Shown piece by piece: positions 1-4,631 of a DNA stretch of 19,131 nucleotides. The notes under the pieces are model-generated. The model made no database searches. It was not told the origin of the DNA and worked only from the letters and a program-made list of their open reading frames with translations. The stretch is from positions 1-19,131 of IMG/VR virus record IMGVR_UViG_3300005613_000033. One strand, 5' to 3'. The number at the start of each line of letters is the position of its first letter. Positions within the stretch are counted from its first letter, which is position 1. The DNA comes from a virus (lineage: Duplodnaviria; Heunggongvirae; Uroviricota; Caudoviricetes). The translations under genes and the position numbers were made by a program.

Positions 1-2
1 GT

Positions 3-209
3 GGGCCGGGTGCTGACCCCCCTGCCGGTGCGGGGTATTGGTTCATGGGTGCCCATGTTGCGGCCTTTGGCACATTGTCCTATTTTGCGGAGGAGATCGA
101 CGCCGATATGGTAGCTTTCCTCCTGGAGAGTTCCCCCAAATGGGGGCCCCGGCAGATTCGGGATAACCTGCGCAACGTACACACTGACCGGAATACCCCC
201 ACCTGCTAG
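3..209 (+). CDS. 3' part of a hypothetical protein truncated by the window edge (...GYWFMGAHVAAFGTLSYFAEEIDADMVAFLLESSPKWGPRQIRDNLRNVHTDRNTPTC*)
   Basis: Frame 3 is open from position 3 to TAG at 207-209, on the same strand as the downstream genes, with a protein-like composition. No start codon is visible. Confidence 0.45.
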   Translation, partial: GPGADPPAGAGYWFMGAHVAAFGTLSYFAEEIDADMVAFLLESSPKWGPRQIRDNLRNVHTDRNTPTC

Positions 210-223
210 GGGTAGGACATCGA

Positions 224-241
224 GCCCCTCTTCGGAGGGGC
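224..241 (+). promoter_or_regulatory. Perfect hairpin GCCCCTC-TTCG-GAGGGGC (cUUCGg tetraloop), the best copy of a repeated hairpin family
   Basis: 7-bp perfect stem, located 21 nt upstream of the ATG at 263. The regulatory role is inferred. Confidence 0.6.
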
Positions 242-262
242 ATCACAATCGGGAGAATCGAC

Positions 263-841
263 ATGAGCAATAATTCCGTTCGTACCAAAGGTGCCGTTCT
301 TGTGGGTCGTAAGGATAATGAGTATTGGTTCATTGATTCCGTTTTTCGGCATCGTAACGATTTTTACGGCTGTACCGGTACGACCGTTTATCCGGTCTCG
401 GTCGATCAAGCCGAATATGACACCGATCCCGATAATATGGGTGATCGGTATGGTGACTATTGGGCGGATCGTTACAAAGGTTCCATCCAAGACGATTGTG
501 ACAATTGTTCCATTGGTATCGACGAAGATGGTTGTGAGCATTGTGACTATCCGTCGCTTTCGGCCTTTTGTGCCGAGATTGTCCAATATGACGGCTATGA
601 CGCCGTTTACGATTATCCAGGTGATGCCTATGAAAAGGCTTTGTCCGATCTGCTCGTTTCTGACGATGATCCGGATTGTGTCGAAACTGTCGATTGTTCG
701 GGTTGTGGCAGAATCTTCGGTCGTTTGGATCTTGACGACTTTGACGAAGTTTACAATCATAAGGCCCTTGTCGCCTGTATGGCTTACGAGGATGGTGCCG
801 TTAGTTACGATTATGCCCGTCGCATAATCTTTGGCGAATGA
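263..841 (+). CDS. Highly acidic, Cys/Tyr-rich hypothetical protein (192 aa) with CxxC pairs
   Basis: RBS GGGAGA before ATG 263. Hand count: 32 D + 10 E against 15 K/R, and 10 Cys (CDNC...CEHC, CSGC). The overlapping ORFs in other frames look like shadows of its codon bias. Confidence 0.85.
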   Translation: MSNNSVRTKGAVLVGRKDNEYWFIDSVFRHRNDFYGCTGTTVYPVSVDQAEYDTDPDNMGDRYGDYWADRYKGSIQDDCDNCSIGIDEDGCEHCDYPSLSAFCAEIVQYDGYDAVYDYPGDAYEKALSDLLVSDDDPDCVETVDCSGCGRIFGRLDLDDFDEVYNHKALVACMAYEDGAVSYDYARRIIFGE

Positions 842-951
842 ATTGTACGGGGGACTTGTGGAACCCCCTGCATGACTACTACCTCTTGGGGGTTCGGTCT
901 GTAACGACCCCCTGCCGATGTGGGAATTGCGGGGACCCAATTGGAGGGTAG
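838..951 (+). CDS. 37-aa peptide MNCTGDLWNPLHDYYLLGVRSVTTPCRCGNCGDPIGG with a C-terminal CxxC motif
   Basis: ATGA overlap with the stop of 263..841; CGNCGDPI resembles a Zn-knuckle. Not in the ORF track. Confidence 0.5.
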   Translation: MNCTGDLWNPLHDYYLLGVRSVTTPCRCGNCGDPIGG

Positions 952-986
952 GCTGGTCGGCTGGTCGGCCTAGGCTGGTCGGCTGG
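949..986. repeat. Short tandem repeat: TAGGCTGGTCGGCTGG x2 (22-bp period), built from GGCTGGTC units
   Basis: Copies read directly at 949-964 and 971-986. Confidence 0.8.
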
Positions 987-1014
987 AAAGCGCCGAGAAA
1001 ATAAATCTTGGCGA

Positions 1015-1043
1015 CGTAACTCCTTATATGGCAAGGAGTTACG
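1015..1043. repeat. Inverted repeat CGTAACTCCTT-N7-AAGGAGTTACG
   Basis: Perfect 11-bp arms (1015-1025 and 1033-1043) with a 7-nt spacer, ending 22 nt upstream of a -35 box. Confidence 0.85.
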
Positions 1044-1065
1044 GCGCGACTTTGCTATGCGCGGC

Positions 1066-1094
1066 TTGACTATTCCAGGGGCGCAACCTATGCT
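1066..1094 (+). promoter_or_regulatory. Sigma70-type promoter TTGACT-N17-TATGCT
   Basis: -35 at 1066-1071, -10 at 1089-1094, exact 17-nt spacer, upstream of the small-ORF operon starting at 1147. Confidence 0.8.
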
Positions 1095-1146
1095 TTATAT
1101 AGTCAAGGGAACAACGCAACACGCAACGCGAAACGGGGAGCCGATT

Positions 1147-1296
1147 ATGAACATCACAACGACTATCGGAATCGTGCTGGTTGGACTGATTCTTCTGGGT
1201 ATTGCGGGTTCTGCCGTTGGTACGGCTGCGAAGGATTGTGCGGATCGTATCAATGATCGGCATACCGCGATGGTTTCGCAACTATACGGCAACTAG
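1147..1296 (+). CDS. 49-aa protein with an N-terminal transmembrane helix (MNITTTIGIVLVGLILLGIAGSAVG...)
   Basis: RBS GGGGAG before ATG 1147. The track start at 1057 lies upstream of the promoter, so it is rejected. Confidence 0.75.
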   Translation: MNITTTIGIVLVGLILLGIAGSAVGTAAKDCADRINDRHTAMVSQLYGN

Positions 1297-1318
1297 ACCC
1301 CCTATCGGAGGTAGACCA

Positions 1319-1432
1319 ATGGTACAATTCATTTTATCGGCACATCTGGAACTAGCGGCCTGGAACTACCCGATGGTGGTATACTCGCGTGACGTGAACG
1401 AGAATCTCTTATCCCCCGCTGAAGAGGGGTAG
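1319..1432 (+). CDS. 37-aa peptide MVQFILSAHLELAAWNYPMVVYSRDVNENLLSPAEEG
   Basis: RBS GGAGGT (part of the hairpin-family copy at 1297-1313), then ATG 1319. It fills the gap in the operon. Confidence 0.55.
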   Translation: MVQFILSAHLELAAWNYPMVVYSRDVNENLLSPAEEG

Positions 1433-1434
1433 CC

Positions 1435-1554
1435 ATGACTTGCGACGGGAAACGAAAAAGACGGCACGACCCAACTAACCCGGCCAAACGGAAATGGTAC
1501 GCATTATTCCGATCGTATCGTTTCAATCGACGATTCGGATTGAGGAAAAAGTGA
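1435..1554 (+). CDS. 39-aa very basic peptide MTCDGKRKRRHDPTNPAKRKWYALFRSYRFNRRFGLRKK
   Basis: RBS GAGGGG before ATG 1435; 15 of 39 residues are K/R; the stop is coupled to the next gene by TGATG. Not in the ORF track. Confidence 0.6.
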   Translation: MTCDGKRKRRHDPTNPAKRKWYALFRSYRFNRRFGLRKK

Positions 1555-1769
1555 TGATTACACCACTCCCCTCCTTTGACTTGACCGGGAACCCCCTATT
1601 GTATCGCACCCTAGCAGGGGGTGCGCTCTGTACGGCCTGTGCTCGTCGTGGGCAACAATTGGGCTGTATCAATGATGACGATAATCCGGATTGGTTCATC
1701 GTGCAATCCGAACCCCACCATGGAGGGGTGTCGTGTTCGGTCTGCCGACGCCCTCTCCAGCCCGCCTAG
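1554..1769 (+). CDS. 71-aa Zn-ribbon-like protein (CTAC...CSVC)
   Basis: TGATG coupling at 1552-1556, RBS GAGGA, two CxxC motifs. Confidence 0.7.
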   Translation: MITPLPSFDLTGNPLLYRTLAGGALCTACARRGQQLGCINDDDNPDWFIVQSEPHHGGVSCSVCRRPLQPA

Positions 1770-1779
1770 TCGGTCTCGC

Positions 1780-1808
1780 AACACCCCTCCGAAGAGGGGT
1801 GTTTCTCT
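1780..1808 (+). terminator. Putative intrinsic terminator AACACCCCTC-CGAA-GAGGGGTGTT followed by a pyrimidine run (hairpin family, inverted copy)
   Basis: 10-bp perfect stem (1780-1803) 10 nt after the last + strand gene. The U-tract is weak. Confidence 0.5.
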
Positions 1809-1848
1809 ATGCGCGGTCTATATTCCGGACCGTGCACCGCAGTATGCC

Positions 1849-1880
1849 CTAGAATCGACGAGAAGGGGTCTAGAATCGAC
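1849..1880. repeat. Direct repeat CTAGAATCGAC x2 with a 21-bp period
   Basis: Copies at 1849-1859 and 1870-1880; AGAATCGAC also occurs at 254-262. Confidence 0.75.
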
Positions 1881-1984
1881 TTTGCGCAGAATTAGGTATG
1901 GTAGCCCGCCTTTACTTTGTGGCCCTTAGAATGGCTCCTACGAGCTGTACCCCTTCTGGAGGGTGCCTGTCGCAGGGATTGCCC

Positions 1985-2260
1985 TCATTGTTAGGGAGTT
2001 AGAAGTTATTCAGGATAACCATTATAATATATTCGTTATTTTCACTATTTACCAATATTTTCAAAAAGGTTATATGCTATTTGTAGAAAATAACTTAACT
2101 TCCTAACTGCATTGAAAAATCCCTTTATTTGTAGGGTGAGAATAATGACGGTTATTCCTGTTAATAATACAAAACATGCCTGAAACCCCTATATTTGTAG
2201 GGTTTGAAGCGAAAGTTAGTTTTTTTCGGCAAAATCAGAAAAAACTAACTTTTGGCCCTG
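1985..2260. other. AT-rich non-coding segment with nested inverted and direct repeats (origin-like)
   Basis: Visibly AT-rich, with no credible ORF. It holds AGTTAG/CTAACT boxes and CCCT(T/A)TATTTGTAGGGT x2 (2121-2137, 2187-2203). Confidence 0.55.
2212..2252. repeat. Inverted repeat AAAGTTAGTTTTTT-N13-AAAAAACTAACTTT
   Basis: Perfect 14-bp arms at 2212-2225 and 2239-2252. Confidence 0.85.
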
Positions 2261-2278
2261 TTTTGGGGGTTCATTCCG

Positions 2279-2480
2279 AGGCGCGCGCGCGTGGAGCGCG
2301 CTCCGGTTCATTTGTGCGCAACGCGCGCATTGGCCCGATTTTGACCCCAAATCGACTGGAATGATCGTCACAGCCCCACGTTCACGGCCATATTTCTAAC
2401 TCTGACGGCCAGATAGTTAGCTTCCAGTGGTGGGATTCGGGATTGTCGGATGGTGAGGCAGGCGCGCGCGCGCAACGCGC
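2279..2480. repeat. Two related (CG)n-rich blocks: AGGCGCGCGCGCG x2 and GCGCAACGCGC x2
   Basis: Copies at 2279-2291/2460-2472 and 2316-2326/2470-2480; palindrome GGAGCGCGCTCC at 2293-2304. Confidence 0.75.
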
Positions 2481-2798
2481 AGCGCCGAGTGCGCGCCTAT
2501 CGCGGATTGTGCCAAACCTGCTAAAAAGAGCGCACAAACTGCCTCGCGGGGTTGTATGGCACATGGGCTATGTTTACTGAATACAACCCTCCCGATGCGG
2601 GGATACCAACCCACCAGGACAATCGTTACCAATCCACCAGGATAATCGTTATAACCCCACAATCTGAGTATCCCGATTGTCTGGCTGTAACGATTGTCAG
2701 GGTCAGCAACAACCCCGAGTCTGAGTACCCCACAATCGGGGATGCAAGTTTCCCAGCGAGCGGGGATTCCGACTACAGGGGTGGTGCGCCATATACCT

Positions 2799-3025
2799 TG
2801 ACCCCGAGAATCGGAACAACCAGACAATCATTCTTACCTGAATAATCACACCCTCCAATTCTCCCTACCCCCACGCGCCTTACCTCCGAGGGAGGGGTTA
2901 CTGCGCCAACCCCCCAGTCGGGTGGATCACCGCGTCCACCCTACCCATATAACCCCTACAGCCCTGCGCTGAGCGCTAAAACCACCCCGAATCTGGTATA
3001 CCGCTTATAACGATTCTCGGGGTCA
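2799..3025. repeat. Long-range 15-bp perfect inverted repeat TGACCCCGAGAATCG ... CGATTCTCGGGGTCA
   Basis: Arms at 2799-2813 and 3011-3025. Confidence 0.8.
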
Positions 3026-3327
3026 GCATGCGCCTCGACGAATATCCCCCGCGTCAGGGTGCGCCATCTCTGGGTGGTGAGGTTGCACCAACTCGATGCT
3101 GTGATGCTTTGTAGCGATGATAATGATGATACTAGATGCGATGGTTGTGATGGTGATAGGAACCGGGGGTGGTGGGTAGCCCGGTGGTGGTATGATTCTG
3201 GGGTTCGGGTGGGGTCAGATTCTGGCGACTAGATTAGTACCCCCTACATGGGGGATTCACCGCTCTTTTCAAACTCTAATGACACCATTTTGAGAACCCG
3301 ACGCGGTAACCACCTGTTTCAGGTGTC

Positions 3328-3480
3328 CACACCAGCCCGAATCCCATCATCACACCAGCCCGAATCCCATCATCACACCAGCCCGAATCCCATCATCACA
3401 CCAGCCCGAATCCTACCAACCCGAATCCCATCATCACACCAGCCCGAATCCCAACCCGAATCCCAACCCAAATCCTATCA
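3328..3480. repeat. 23-bp tandem repeat CACACCAGCCCGAATCCCATCAT: 3 perfect copies plus 2 variant copies with internal 12-15-bp sub-duplications
   Basis: Perfect units at 3328-3350, 3351-3373 and 3374-3396; variants from 3397 and 3435. There are no unique spacers. Confidence 0.92.
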
Positions 3481-3702
3481 GCCCTATTGACACCGATCCA
3501 AATTTTGTATGAGAAAAAGATTTGAGGCTGTACCGCGTTAGATTCCGAGGCCGTTATACAACCCCGAATCAGTGGAGGTGGGGGATCAAATCGGCCTCGC
3601 AGTGAGGATTCGAGATGGTGAAAGAGTCGGGACCAATTTTTATATTATGGCGCAAAAAGTTAGGGCTTCACCGCGTTAAGCATGCGAGGCCGCTCGGGAT
3701 GG

Positions 3703-3948
3703 TTAAACATCTAAACGAGTCCGTTCTTTGACGGCATTTGCATACGACGCATAAGCCCAATCAGAATAAGCATCTACATTGCCCTGGTTTAACAAGCGTA
3801 CTATTCCGGCGTGGAATTCGACTATCCCAGTGACTACAATTGAAGAGATACCGGGCACTTCACCAACAATCCATAACTGCATACCAAGATGAATCTGTGA
3901 ACCATCTACGGTTTGTACTACCTTGTACCGCGTCAATTCTGGAATCAT
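3703..3948 (-). CDS. Hypothetical protein (81 aa, MIPELTRYKVV...), last gene of the - strand block
   Basis: ATG 3948 lies just after the stop of 3950..4312. The longer track ORF (to 4272) overlaps a better gene. Confidence 0.7.
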   Translation of the reverse strand: MIPELTRYKVVQTVDGSQIHLGMQLWIVGEVPGISSIVVTGIVEFHAGIVRLLNQGNVDAYSDWAYASYANAVKERTRLDV

Positions 3949-3949
3949 T

Positions 3950-4312
3950 TCAAAATCCACTATTAAGGAAAGCAACATAAGCCTGTCCACAAGCCTCGGA
4001 ACAGACTGTTCCACCGTCGTAAACATACTCCCCACAGTTTGCACAGATACCAGTCGGCACAGGTGTACCATCGACCCACGGGACATAAGCCCCTTTGCCT
4101 CTAGATGGGAACTGCTTGGCGGTCGGGTCAACAATTTCAGCCCCATCAAGTAGCCACCAGTGAGCCCGCTCGCCCCACGCAAAACAGTAGTAATGCCCTC
4201 GAACGCGGGTGAGTTCTGGGAACTGGTCAGCCATGGCTTGAGTAATTTCAGCACATTTGCCATATGCATCATCTACATTTTGGTCAATCCAGTCTTGATA
4301 TTCAGTCTTCAT
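3950..4312 (-). CDS. Transglutaminase/papain-like Cys-His-Asp protein with a C-terminal Zn ribbon
   Basis: Motifs GKC, AHWWL and IVDPT in triad order; C-terminal CANCG...VCSEAC. Confidence 0.65.
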   Translation of the reverse strand: MKTEYQDWIDQNVDDAYGKCAEITQAMADQFPELTRVRGHYYCFAWGERAHWWLLDGAEIVDPTAKQFPSRGKGAYVPWVDGTPVPTGICANCGEYVYDGGTVCSEACGQAYVAFLNSGF

Positions 4313-4631
4313 CTACTTTTACCATTATTACTCTTGGATTTTTACTTGTGCGCAACTTTTCTCGCGCACACTTTTCACCATTCTCGTTCCAACTAGCATC
4401 AGTCCGACCAACCAGAATCAGTGTATCAATTGCCAAGGTTTTCAAACTGCTTTCAACTGTAGTCGCTCGGAGATGTACATTATCTCGTAAGGGACGACGT
4501 AACGCGGCACTTACCCAGCCACGGTTCGGAAACAACACCATAACTATGTTGCCAGCGTCGGCTTCGTGGTTGGCAATCTTTAGGGCGTGACTAATCTGGT
4601 TTCTTAATAACATAGAGACATTTTCAATCAT
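4302..4631 (-). CDS. Hypothetical protein (109 aa)
   Basis: ATGA coupling to the purF stop and an 11-nt overlap with the next gene. Confidence 0.75.
   Translation of the reverse strand: MIENVSMLLRNQISHALKIANHEADAGNIVMVLFPNRGWVSAALRRPLRDNVHLRATTVESSLKTLAIDTLILVGRTDASWNENGEKCAREKLRTSKNPRVIMVKVDED

Noticed and set aside
43-940. Overlapping ORFs 43..333 (-), 206..940 (-) and 291..827 (+)
   Set aside because: They are shadows of the strongly biased GAT/GAC/TAT codons of 263..841, which has the RBS and the coupling.
2270-2500. Hairpin-telomere (protelomerase) site
   Set aside because: The longest perfect palindromes are about 12 bp, well short of typical tel sites, and no protelomerase is in the window.
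2176-2845. ORFs 2176..2364, 2382..2564, 2417..2827 and 2552..2845
   Set aside because: They lack convincing RBSs, overlap each other on both strands, and translate repeat-rich, low-complexity DNA.
3160-3240. tRNA gene (GGTTCG motif at ~3202)
   Set aside because: No cloverleaf, acceptor stem or D-arm can be built around it.
3328-3480. CRISPR array
   Set aside because: The repeats are directly adjacent with no unique spacers, and no cas genes are present.
3248-3490. 80-aa + strand ORF with SHQPESHHH repeats
   Set aside because: It is only a translation of the 23-bp array; 23 is not a multiple of 3, so the peptide repeat shifts frame, which argues against coding.
3487-3515. + strand promoter at TTGACA 3487-3492
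   Set aside because: No acceptable -10 box at 16-18 nt spacing and no downstream + strand gene.
3949-4272. N-terminal extension of the 3703..4272 track ORF
   Set aside because: It overlaps the motif-bearing gene 3950..4312 on the same strand; ATG 3948 is the natural start.
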